A stretch of 64,000 nt of DNA from Paraspadella gotoi (Eukaryota; Animalia; Chaetognatha), in NCBI GenBank assembly GCA_051294375.1, contig CM119264.1, forward strand, positions 29,517,182-29,581,181. Reading direction: 5' to 3'. Positions 52,751-64,000 of the stretch are shown piece by piece. The notes under the pieces were generated by a model. The model did not search any database. It saw only the letters and a program-made list of their open reading frames with translations, and had not been told where the DNA came from. How positions within the stretch are numbered: the first letter of the stretch is position 1; each line of letters starts with the position of its first letter. The translations under genes and the position numbers were made by a program.

Positions 52751-54925
52751 CTAAATATTCCTTTTCCTAAACACTAAATTTGAGAATACATTAATTATCG
52801 GATTTGTTGAAGGGCTATTTTTAAAATTTATAAATTGTAATTATTCCGTAAATTAAAATCTCTGTTCGTTTTACTAGAATCACAAACGGTGAAGCGAATT
52901 ACTGATGTGAAATGTGAATGCATCTAAGTGACTCAAAAGAGAGAAGTTGGTATAAATGTACAGTACTTCAATTAAACTTCAATCAAACATTAAGCTCAAT
53001 AGAAAATAAAATTGAGTAAAAATTAATATTTTCTCTCCCTCCCTCTCTCCCTCCCTCCCTTCTTCCGACTCCCTCCCACCAATATGTCTCTCCTTTCCCC
53101 CCTCCTTCTTTCTCTCTTTCCCTCCCCCTACACGCCCTCTCCCTCTCCCTCTCTCTCTTCTCTCTCTCCATCTCATTCTTTTTACCTCTGGGATTCTCTC
53201 TTTTCTGCCTCCGATTCGACTTGAGATTCATCGCCCTTCAATTCAGTCTTGTTTCTATTTTCGTTTCGTTTTTTTTGTCCCGAGTTTCTTTGTTTCTTTA
53301 TTACTTTTTTTATTTATTTCTCACTTTGGTCAGCTCGGTGTTAAAACTGACTCTTATTCTTATTATTCTTTAAACTTATCAATAGTTTTTTCGGTTTTTC
53401 TTTTTACATCTCTCACACAGTTTTAAATACCAATCGCCATCATTGCATTCCGTGTTTATAGATTTTTAGATCATTACTTCATTATATCACTACATCATTA
53501 TATCATACTCCTGCGATGATATTTATGTTCATTTATCGATTTCCCTTTTGTTTCGATTTAATTTTTGTTTATTTTGATTTACTTCGCCCTTAGGAAAATA
53601 ATTTATTCGATCGCGAAAAATATAATTGTTCTTATTAATATCGTCTTCTCTGGATCATAATATTCGCGACAATATATAGAAAAAGTTAAAAGAATAATTC
53701 AGTAAATCAAAGGTTCGAAATTAATTAAAAGTAACCAATTTTGTATTACTCAGCCTCACAGGCTCAACAAAATTAGGTCTGTTCAGTTGTTAGGTTCCGC
53801 CGAGTGAAACTTTAGAGAGAGTTAAGACGTCCCATCCAATCAGAAAAGGTCAGCCATAGAGCCGAGAGCCCACCACCGCTTATCCAACCCGGGCTGCTTA
53901 CGTAGATTAAGTCAAGCGGATGGCCAGAATGCTTTTAGTTCATTAATTATTAAACTAAAAAACATAATCCAAATTTCTTCTTGGAAAAAAATGTACGAAT
54001 GAGTTTGTTTTAAAATTGAAAATATATAGATAGAGCATTTTCCAATTTGAGACAAAGAATTTCTCTTTTTTTCTTTTTTTAAGGACGAAAAATAAAAAAA
54101 AAAGAAAACTTTCCTTTTTTTTCGTTTTCCGACTTCACGAATGATTCAAGTTCTGTGAGAAAAAGAAAAGGGAGGAAATCGCTTAAGCCTTTTTCTTTTC
54201 TTCTTTCCTTCCTTCCTTTCCTCTTCCTCTTCCTCCTTTTTCTCCTGTCATAATTTTTCTCTTTAAACTGTTTCGTTGAGTTTTGCTCTTTTCTTCTTTC
54301 CTTCTTTTCTTATTTACTTCCTTTCTTTGGTTCTTTCCTTATTTTTAATTCTAAAATTGGTACAATCAAATAAAAAAATTATCCATTCATTTAATAAATA
54401 CCTTTGGACAGGCTTTGGTGGTTTAAGGCCTCCATCACTCTTTTAATCAAGAATCTCTCACAGTCTCGTTTATTCACTCCCAGAGTAACTGGCTTACCTA
54501 TCAATGAAGTGGTATAATATTTCAAAGAATGTTTCAATTGTATGAAAAGACCACTCCCTTAAGTATTAGATCGGGGAATACTATATTGTACTCCGCCCAG
54601 CATCAAAATATTTACATTAAATATTTTCCTTTCTTTTCTTACAGCTCTCTTTCTGATCTTCCTAATATTATCCTCTTCCCTAATATCTGTATTCATTCTT
54701 TCTCTTTCGTCGGATCCTCGTCGACTAGATTTCCGTATGTTAATTACCCAATGCCTCTGCCGAGGGATGTAACCTGTAATTCACGGTGAAATCTAGAACG
54801 GATCAGATTCCCAAAGTCATCATTCACTTTGCAGAACGAGGCGGAGATCGTAAATAAGGGAGTCAAGGTCAACGAGCCATGCTCTTCTTCTCTCTCTTTT
54901 TTTTTTCTCTCCTCTCTCTCTCTCT

Positions 54926-54995
<70 letters not shown>

Positions 54996-55168
54996 ATCTC
55001 TCTCTCTCTACTCTCTCTCCTTGTTTTCAATTTCTACTAGTTTTAGGAAATAAATTTGAACGTAACTTGTGATAAAACTTAGATTTTCACGCAAAAAACT
55101 GACCTTAAAATCTGGTTCATTTCGGCGACGAGGTGACCAAAACAGATTTTGACCTCAAAGCAGCTTTT

Positions 55169-55263
<95 letters not shown>

Positions 55264-56037
55264 CATAACTTTTCTCCCCACGTTTTCCTCACAGTCAGAA
55301 ATTAATCCGCTCAAAAATCCAAAACCTGTTGTTGAATGACTGAACTTCAGTCTTCGTCTTTTAACTTCTGACTCATTCGGGATTAAAAACCTTTTTTTTC
55401 CTTTTTTTCATTAAACATTTTTCTTTCGGTCATCGATTTCAATTTCGTTTTGACAGTTTTTCTCACTCAACCGTAGACGACGACGTCGACAACAACGACG
55501 AATTTAATCACGGCCTTCACACCTTCACAGCTGATCGAAAATTCACGGGAGCGAAAGAAGAAAACAAAGTCACCAGACGAATCTGGAGTTTTTGTGATTT
55601 TTCAAGTTTGAAATTCGTTTCTTCGAGTCACAAGTCGGACCCAAAATTTAATTCCGCTTCCAAAAAGCAAATTGCGACACTATTGCGTATTTTACTGGTA
55701 AAAATTGATACTTAACGGGTGATGTTATTATTTATCTTTAGATATTTGGATATCGCTAAAATTAAAATTTAGTTTTATTTTTAGAACAATTATTATTGAA
55801 TAACTATTTTTTTTTGGTGTTTCTTTTAATAAAGAGTTTTTTTTAAAAGATAAACAGGATATTTCATTTTTATATTGATTTAAATGATTGATTTATAAAA
55901 AAAAAATTAATTAAAGATTGTTTTTAGCATCACCCATTATCTCTCACTGTATATCCCAGCCTCTCCATAAGGCGACATACTCGGAATCTGTCTCTCCTGC
56001 TCTTTAATAACAAAAAACAAAAAAACTTGAATAAACA

Positions 56038-56415
56038 ATGAGGTGGGAATTCAAAGAAGCCCACCCCTTCGAGTCGCGCGTGGCCGAGTCGGCCCGGATC
56101 CGTCTCAAACACCCCGACCGCGTCCCGGTCGTCGTGGAACGCATCCCGGAATCCCTCATCCCGGACATCGACGTGAAGAAGTTCCTCGTTCCGGCCGACG
56201 TCTCCGTCGCCCAACTCATGTGGATCATCCGGCGCCGGATCAGTTATCCGGCGGAGAAGGCCATGTTCCTCTTCGTGGGCCGAGTCTTGCCAGTGAGCAG
56301 CGCTTGCATGGGAGCAGTTTACGAGAGGCATAAGGAGGAGGACGGGTTTTTGTACATCGCCTACAGCGGTGAAAACACTTTCGGTGGGGATTTGGGGATC
56401 AGCGGGGATCGATGA
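56038..56415 (+). CDS. GABARAPL2: ATG8-family ubiquitin-like protein, GABARAPL2/GATE-16 type, intronless CDS
   Basis: MRWEFKEAHPFESRVAESARIRLKHPDRVPVVVE...FLVPADVSVAQLMWIIRRRI...EEDGFLYIAYSGENTFG followed by a 9-aa extension. Confidence 0.95.
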   Translation: MRWEFKEAHPFESRVAESARIRLKHPDRVPVVVERIPESLIPDIDVKKFLVPADVSVAQLMWIIRRRISYPAEKAMFLFVGRVLPVSSACMGAVYERHKEEDGFLYIAYSGENTFGGDLGISGDR

Positions 56416-57972
56416 CAAGGGGAGGGGATCAGCGGGGATCGATTACCATGGGGGCAATTCGGTATAAGCGTGTCGATGCAGCAGAAACGGGGAATCGGAT
56501 CTTTGTGGCCGGATTCCTTGCAGTTTCTCGTTGTCTTAGTTTTCTACTTTTTATTTACAAAAAAAAAATGGCTTTGGTTAAACGCTTAGCCTATTGGAAT
56601 CTTATCGGTTCTTTATACATTTGACTATTTTTTATTTCTTTTAATTCCATAAACTTTTGTATTAAAATATCATGGAGGTAAGGAATTTTAACAGAGAATT
56701 TCAATTCCTTACTTTTTTTTTATTCGCATTCCTGAAAAGTGATGTAGCTTGTTTTATGAAACTTTGTTTTCATTTCATTTCTTATTATTAAATCCTGTGG
56801 TTAATTGTTTGATTAGTTGTTTAATTTTTATTATAAAAGACAGTCAGATAAAGAACTATGTACATTACGAGAAAGTATGACACCGATCTCAAAAATAATT
56901 TAATTGTAGATATAAGCTAAATTAAAGATTAACCATCCAATATCAATGCTATTCTTTAAAAAATCGTCCTCAGCTCGACCAAAGATATTTCCCTTTTTAA
57001 AATTTTCCCGCCAAAACCTGAAAACTGATCTCGTAAATTTGCTAGATTCGGTGATCCAAACTCTATTATGGTGTTTATTTGGGCTACGAGCTTCTCGGCC
57101 TCTTTCGATTTGACTAAACGACGTTAACCACGACGACGAAGATTGGGTGAAAGTTTATCCCTGAAATTAAAACATTTTCAAGTCACTTTCGGTCGGTCGG
57201 TCGCTCTGTCCCAATTACGTTAAAAATAGCTCGACTATAGTTGGTTGCTCATTTGTTAAGACTGGAAAAAACCTCCAATGTAAGTAACTGCTAGCGCCGC
57301 CTTGAGGAAATCCTTAAAGAATAAAACACAATATTTCTATGCAGTGCTATTCAAACATACACGGGCGAAGAAAGTTACTGCGGCGCAACACATATTTGAA
57401 TTTCTGTTCTTGTTTCCATAAAAATTAAGCTTCATTTCTTCGTTGCATATTCTATTATTGTTTTGCTTGCAGACGAGCGAAGTCACGTGTCTATGAACTA
57501 TTCTTCTATGTATGTATATTATATTATATAAGAATCTATCACATCCAAGACTATTCAATCGTTCATGGCTAACTTTAATGTCGCTAGTAGAAAGAAACCT
57601 TTCCGCTATAAAAGATTTTTCTTGTGAATCGTGAACTTTTGATGTTTTGACAGTCAAGTCACCACGACAGTTTACACTGTCCCGAGTCTGCGGGTCGCTT
57701 CTTTCTACTGTAATTCAATTACATCTAATTCTCTTTCAATTAATTTTCTTTATTTTTTACACAGATGCTTTTTTCTTCGTTAGCTATTTTGTTTCTTTTT
57801 TAATTCATCGGCAACAGTTTTCTTTTTTTTTTCATTATGGTGAGTTTTGTCTTGTGGAAATGACTTAATTTCGCTTTTTTCTTCTTATTACAATTACAAT
57901 TATTATAATTACATTTTTTTTGGTCAGAATTACATCGTCGTCCTCTCCTTATTAACTATTTTTGACGAATCG

Positions 57973-59981
57973 ATGGCTAAGGTTCGTATTCCATTGAACA
58001 ATGCTTAAGTTTCGATGTCTATTCATACATATTAGATGCATACTAAGTTGTAACAATTCAATAACCCAGAGGTTTGACTGGATGGCGCACAATTTTCGAC
58101 GCCAATGCAGCAAAGGCAACGTGACTGCCATCGAACTGTTGATGGCAGAATACGGAGTTGATGCCATCGTCAACGGACGTGATCCTCACAATGGAGGAAC
58201 TTGTCTTAACTTTGCGTCTCACGGACTTAATGTCGCGAGAAGGTGAGGTATTTTGGGTACGAGAGAGACGTTAAAAATAAAAGAACAAGCTGCGGGACTT
58301 AGCTTTTGAATATAACCTTATGAAAATTTGCAAATTATATTATTGAAGTAAATTACATTCATTTTTAGTTGTTTTTTTTTAAATTATAGTAAAACTAGTT
58401 GTCTTGTTGAATTGTTGTATTTTCTTTTTTTCTTTTTACATTTTAGTCAATTTTTCTTTTATTTTCTTTTACATTCTATTCTCTTTTATTCTGTTCCATT
58501 CTGTCCAATTAATTAATGTTCTATTCTATTCTCTTTTATTCTGTTCCATTCTGTCCAATCAATTAATGTTCTATTCTATTCTAAATATTCAATATCGCAT
58601 TCTATTCCTTTTCACACGAAGAAATTTACTTTCTACATACATACATATCCAATTTATATTTCCATTCCATTTTTAAATAAATTTGCGACGATTGTCATCA
58701 TTTATCATTTTCGCTCGATTTGGTTACAAAATGACAGGAAAAACCGAATTAAACGAAAATAAATTTGCTAAATTAAACTTTTTTTATAAAATGTTCTCCT
58801 TTGCGCTGACGACGACAACGACGACGACGACAACGACGACGACGACGACGACGACAGCCTTCGCCTCATGGATCTTCTGTTGAGATCTGGCGCCAGTCCT
58901 AACGTGAAAGACTCCAATGGAAAGACCGCCCTTCATTACACTGTGAGCAGAGAGAGTTGTGAGGATGATGATGATGATGATGATGATAATGATGATAATT
59001 GATGAAGATGATGACAATAGGCATGACGATGTTGATAATAGTAAATAAATGATAATGCCCACGAAGATATTGATCAAAATAATTGTTCTTATCTTTGTAA
59101 ATCCATCTAATGTCGGAACGCCTTTTTGGCACCCGCCCCCTCTCGCCCTTTCTTACTTCTTCATCCTCCTCCTCCTCCTCCTCCTCTTCCTCCTTCCAGT
59201 TCTTCTACGGCGGCAAGGTGCAACATCTGCGTCGCCTTTTAGAAGAGGACGACGTCAACACAGAAGTGAGAGAGTATTACGGAGAAACGCCGCTGCGAAT
59301 GGCGATCAAGAGTCAAAGGTAAGTTAATTGTGGTCGTCGTCTTTGATATTGTTGTAATATTTGTTATGTTGATCCTTTAATCGTTGTAGTGGATTTTGTT
59401 CTTTTGGGGTTTCATGTTGTATTTGAAATGAAAATTGCAGTCGTTGTTCTTCTTGTTATTGTTGATTTCTTAATTGTTGTATTTGTTATTGTTTTCTTCT
59501 TGTTGTTGTAAATGGTGTGGTAGCTTTTACGATTGTTATAGTTGTAAATGTTAGAGAGGTTTTTGTTGTTTTTTACATTTTGTTTTGTTCTTGTTGTCTC
59601 TGTTGTTTATATGTAATTTTTGTTGTTGAAATTGTTTATGGTTGCTATTGTTATTTATTGTTTTCGTTTTTTTTTAATGGCTTTTGTTGTTGTTATTGTT
59701 GTGATCGTAGTCGCTAGAACAGCGCTGATTTGTCTTCTCAGTCGATGTCGATATCATTTGTTAACGTCATGTCACGTCGATATCATTTCCTAATTAAATC
59801 ACCCCGCTTTCCATTTCACAGGCCTTACTTCATTGAAGAGCTGGTCGCTCACGGCGCCAGCATCTCCAACTCGAAATCTGCCCGAAATTCTCAAAGAGAC
59901 TTTGATGATTCGCTCGGGAATCCGGAAGTCAACGAAGCCCTTTTGATAGGATTGAAAAGTAACTGCTGCTGCTACTGGTGA
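57973..59981 (+). CDS. Short ankyrin-repeat protein
   Basis: Phase-consistent exons 57973-57981 (tentative), 58070-58242, 58858-58942, 59200-59318, 59822-59981. ANK motifs GGTCLNFA, LLLRSGASPNVKDSNGKTALHY, GETPLRMA, ELVAHGA. Confidence 0.85.
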
Positions 59982-60319
59982 TGCTGCTTCGGCTGCTGTT
60001 GCGGTGGCTGCTGCTGTTGTCTTTGTTGTAGATGAACTTTAGGCCTTATTTTTTGAGAACGCCCTATTTAATCTTAAACTCGGAATTAGTCTAGGGATTG
60101 GCATAGTAATTAAGGTTTTAGGGATTAGGTTAGGGACTAGGGTTTAGGGTTAGGGTTAGGCTTCAGGATTAGAGTTTGAGATTACGATTAAGGATAAGGG
60201 TTATAAATTTAAGAACGTATAAAAGTTAAAATTTAATTTCGGGATAAAGCAACAGAAATATAGCGCACTGAAGAGACAGTAATTATTGTTTATGGTTAGT
60301 GACAGAACCGTTCAATATA

Positions 60320-60394
60320 AGCAGTCCCTGAGCTTCGGATCAGGCTGTAACACCGAGTTACAGGCGGGTTAAGCGCCCCGTCCTCTTAACTGCC
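60320..60394 (-). ncRNA. Twister ribozyme candidate, type P5 (family B, 3' LTR)
   Basis: Same fold as 60734-60809 with one fewer G in the P2/L1 strand. Confidence 0.65.
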
Positions 60395-60733
60395 AGACGA
60401 CCACCGGGCTAGAACCCCGGACCTTTGGTTGGGAGGCGAATGACTTGCCTCCGGCACCAATGGCCGCTGATGAACGGTTGGTGGATTTTAGTCCAACATA
60501 CATCCCCCCCTCCCGTAGGGAGAAGTCTGTTGCGTCTCTTCAGTGAATTGTTGTTGTTGGTGGAAAGTTCGTCACCAAGTTGAGCATGTCGCCTGATGTG
60601 TTTTGGGCGGAAAGTGCATCGCCAGGTTGAGGCATGTCGCCTGAAGTGTTGTTGGTGTTGTGTTCGGAAGTCGGGCTCACCAATGAAGAGACAGTAATAT
60701 TGTTATGAGTTAGTGACAGAACCGTTCAATATA

Positions 60734-60809
60734 AGCAGTCCCTGAGCTTCGGATCAGGCTGTAACACCGAGTTACAGGCGGGTTAAGCGCCCCGTCCCTC
60801 TTAACTGCC
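60734..60809 (-). ncRNA. Twister ribozyme candidate, type P5 (family B, 5' LTR)
   Basis: GGCAGTT-AA-GAGG-GA-CGGG-GCGCT-TAA-CCC-GC-CTGTAAC..GTTACAG-CCTGA-TCCGAAGC-TCAGG-GACTGCT, giving P5, P2 (bulged), T1 TCCG/CGGG, T2, P3 and P4. P1 is reduced to a loop. Confidence 0.75.
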
Positions 60810-61056
60810 AGACGACCACCGGGCTAGAACCCCGGACCTTTGGGTTGGGAGGCGAATGACTTGCCTCCGGCACCAATGGCCGCTGATGAACGGTTGGTGG
60901 ATTTTAGTCCACCATAGCACTTCGAAAAGAGAGCCGACCTTTCTATCGGTGACTTTGTATTCATTTGTCCAATTTGTTTTTAAGTTAAGAGGAAGTTAAC
61001 TTACGAAATTCATTATTTATTAAATAGATTATTTCATTTCTTGAATCTCCGGACAG

Positions 61057-61570
61057 GATTCTGCTCCGCCTGCATCAAAGGGGAGACTTGCGTCGTTGAA
61101 GACATCGACAACTCTTGCGCTTGCCAAGAGGGTTGGGTGGGAATCAAGTGCGACAAGGGAGTGTGCGATCCAGGGTGGACTGGAACCTATTGCAAACAAG
61201 GTGAACTACGAGGATTCAACCATGTCCAATATATCAGAAAGCTTAAATTTATATACTTTACTTATTTAATACAATTTTTTTGTTCAGACATCAACGAATG
61301 CTTGCAACTTCCCTGCCATCACGGAGGGACATGTCACAACAGCCTTGGTTCTTTCTCTTGCGCGTGTCACGAGCAAATCATTGGAGAATACTGTCAATAC
61401 AGTAAATGATTGTGTTTCGTAATTAATAATTTATTTACTTAAAAATTAATTAATAAAGCTTGTCTTCAGAACTAACTCAGAGTGGACAAAACGGAATTTT
61501 CCCGCCAAACTTCGTCGTCGTCTTCGTCTCTTCAGTCGCCACTTTGACGTTAATGTTAAATTCTCTTTGA
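61057..61570 (+). CDS. EGF-repeat exons (including a calcium-binding EGF) ending in a hydrophobic tail; 5' exon uncertain
   Basis: Phase-1 exons 61057-61200, 61288-61401 (DINECLQLPCHHGGTCHNSLGSFSCAC) and 61470-61570 (...PPNFVVVFVSSVATLTLMLNSL*). Confidence 0.85.
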
Positions 61571-62449
61571 GCTTATATGAAATTAAACTGTTAAACGATT
61601 TTAACAAAGCATTCTAAGCATCTAACTTAATTTCTCTTCGCTCCATATAGCTGAGCGCCCGCTGAGTTTGAGGCCATGCTTCTGTCATACACTTTGTTTT
61701 TGCTATTTTTACTGTTTAATATTTAATTGCAATGTTTAGTTCCCCCCTTTCTTGCCATTCAATTTTATTGTACGTAATAAATTTTTTTCCTATTTTCTTT
61801 AAAAATGCTAAATGCAAAATTCCTTAAAAAATATTTAAATCTAAATTGATAAATCGCAACATGCGAAAATGTGACAACATTTTTGGCTTAGATGCTCGAT
61901 TGTTAATCGATGGCGGCCCTCTAACAGGAAAATACAAAAGCAATTTCAACAAATGACACAGTATTTTTTTTTATCTATAACTTGTGAAAAAAAATCGTTT
62001 TTAAGTTTAAATGAAAAAAATTGTTTCAAAAATCATTTTCGAACAAATCGCGGTCAGTTTTAAATTACTATTCGATTTTCAAGGAAGGCAAAATAAGAAT
62101 GTGTTATTTTGTTAAAGCCATTTAAATTTAACGTTAGAGGTCGTAAAATGGCAACTTTTCTGAGTTCAACAAAATAGCAATGACATCTTGCGAACTTATT
62201 CACGAACTTGTGGACAGTTTGTACACATTGTACACTCTGAAGGCTGATGTAATTAATAATAATAAAACGGATTTTAGGTAAATTGAATGAAATTTATTTT
62301 TCAATTTTGTTAATTTTTTTGATAGATAAATTTTAGTATGTACAACAGATATTATTCAAACAAATCTTAGTTTAAGAAAAAGGTCAATTTATACTAATGA
62401 ACTAGCAATCTCTTTTCAAAAAAAACCTCTTTGGCGGCAAATAAGAAAT

Positions 62450-63200
62450 CCTTTCCATTCCTTTTCCTTCCATTTCCTTTCCTTTCCATTTCTTTTCATC
62501 ATTTCCATTCCATCCATTCCATTCGAACCTTTCCATTCCATTTTCATTTCCATTCCATTCTATCCTTTCCATTCCTTTTCCTACCAATCTTCCTTCCATT
62601 TTCATTCCATTCCATCATTTCAATTCCATTTCCATTCCTTTTCATTATTTCCATTCCATCCATTCCATTCGAACCTTTCCATTCCATTTCCATTCCATTC
62701 CATCCTTTCATTCATTATCCTTCCATTTCCTTCCCTTTCCATTCCATTCCATCAATTCCGATACTTTGTCACTTCTATTTGAACCTTTCCATTTCCATTT
62801 TAATTCTATTCCATTTCCATTCCACTATTTCCATTCCATTCCATCTTTTCCATTCCTTTTCCTTCCAATTCCTTCCATTTCCTTTCCTTTTCATCATATT
62901 CCATTCCATTTCCATTCCATCCTTTCCATTCTTTTTCCTTCCATTTCTTCCATTTCCTTCCCTTTTCATCATTTCCATTTCATTTTCATTCCAATCCATA
63001 ATTTCCAATCCATTTCCATTCCATTCGCACCTTTCTATTCCATTTCCATTCCATTCCATTTTCATTCCATTCCTGTTCCTTCCATTTTTCTTCCCTTTTA
63101 TTCCATTCCATCATTTCAATCCATTCCATACCATTTCCATTCCATTTTCATTCATTCATTCCAATACGTTTCCATCTCATTCCCGTTTCCATTTCGCGCT
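62450..63200. repeat. Degenerate (ATTCC)n pentamer satellite
   Basis: Continuous ccatt/cattc repeats. Confidence 0.9.
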
Positions 63201-63560
63201 CTCCCGATTTCCTGACTTCGATGTCGTTAACTCACCCTCGACCCCTTGACCTTACCTTTCCGTTTCTTGGCGTCCACGCGGCTCCGCCGTCACCGTAAAC
63301 GTCACCAGGAGTCGGCCAACCCATTCCGACCGTCATTGGCAGGTTCGACTCTGGGTCCGTTCGGGGAACGAGTTTGGTTCAGTTTATAATATTATATTTA
63401 TATAAATATATTATCTTATTTAATAATTATATTATATTGTATTATATATATATTAGTAATATATATCCTCTTCATTATTATTTCTTATTTGGTAATTTCT
63501 CGAGCTTGCATGACAGAAAATAAAAATTAACGAAAACCTTAACCTAATTTAAATTAAAAA

Positions 63561-64000
63561 TTTTTAGTCGCGATCTGCTTATCAGCAGATCCCGACTCTA
63601 TAACTCACTTTTTATAACTCCACTTTTTCGGTCCGTCGGTCCGCCCCCTCAATATTGTCGGGCACACACTTATATCATGTCAGAACATCGAATTATTGAT
63701 AAATTATGCAAAAAAAATGATGTCCGTCCGTCCGTCTGTCCCTGTCCGTCCGTCCGTCCGTCGTCCGTCCGTTCCCACCTTAGCAAAAAACACCAATTAC
63801 TCGTGATTGGATGGATGGATTTAAATGAAATTTTGTGTGTGGATAGGTAAGTGTGTGATTGAGCTGGATATTAGTTTTCGATGGAATCGTCCGAGTGGAA
63901 ATGAGTTTAAATGGAAAAAACAAAAAAAATATATTCACTATTTTGAACACCAATTTGCTCATGAGTGGATGGGCTGATTGACCTGGAATTTTGTATGTGG
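63561..64000 (+). mobile_element. Possible Helentron-associated (DINE-1/HINE-like) non-autonomous element, left part
   Basis: TTTTTAGTCGCGATCTGC..GCAGATCCCGACT subterminal hairpin followed by (GTCC)n microsatellite blocks. Confidence 0.45.

Larger units (their letters stand above)
60269..60916 (-). mobile_element. Miniature non-coding LTR element, family B (TRIM/retrozyme-like)
   Basis: LTRs at 60269-60500 and 60684-60916 (minus-strand ends TATG...CTCTTCA); PBS TGGTGAGCCCGAC at 60682-60670, 1 nt after the 5' LTR; PPT GGGAGGGGGGGATG at 60514-60501; TSD GCAC at 60265-60268 and 60917-60920; 183-bp non-coding interior. Confidence 0.93.
60042..60935 (+). mobile_element. TTAGGG-containing MITE whose right TIR is split by the family B LTR element
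   Basis: Left TIR GGCCTTATTTTTTGAGAACGCCC; TTAGGG-like array at about 60085-60200; right end ...atagcGCAC[insert]GCACttcgaaaagagagcc. Confidence 0.75.

Noticed and set aside
53780-53935. GC-richer island with a partial HDV-like pairing on the minus strand
   Set aside because: The P2 3' strand and J4/2 could not be found.
60880-60930. CTGATGA...GAAA suggesting a plus-strand hammerhead in LTR B
   Set aside because: The GAAA lies outside the LTR in flanking DNA, stems I and III do not form, and the 15.97 kb copy reads CAGATGA.
63256-63352. Possible isolated minus-strand exon (…MTVGMGWPTPGDVYG…NGK|GTAAG)
   Set aside because: Good donor site but no recognisable homology or partner exon within the window.

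Overview
AT-rich, microsatellite-rich animal (invertebrate-like) genomic DNA with N gaps and several gap-associated duplications that look like assembly artefacts. Genes read from the sequence: the 5' part of an SLC22/MFS transporter (-, 1-1600); a complete 21-exon S9B dipeptidyl peptidase with a DPP6/10-like N-terminus but intact catalytic motifs (-, 4901-20845); an intronless GABARAPL2/ATG8 (+, 56038-56415); a short ankyrin-repeat gene (+); and EGF-repeat exons (+). The main result is non-coding. Two families of miniature non-coding LTR elements (about 650-750 bp, with LTRs that do not visibly align outside the ribozyme, a shared TGGTGAGCCC PBS, a PPT and 4-bp TSDs) each carry a circularly permuted (type-P5) twister-ribozyme fold in both LTRs, in the sense orientation, with compensatory changes between families. 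They are candidate twister-based LTR retrozymes in an animal. Both full elements sit at the same position (within 1 bp) in the right TIR of a TTAGGG-containing MITE. Other copies of this MITE carry an LTR end fused to a reverse-transcribed tRNA-Leu 3' half, or a LINE 3' fragment. Penelope-type minimal hammerhead motifs are also present. All folds were assigned by eye; ribozyme activity and novelty were not tested.
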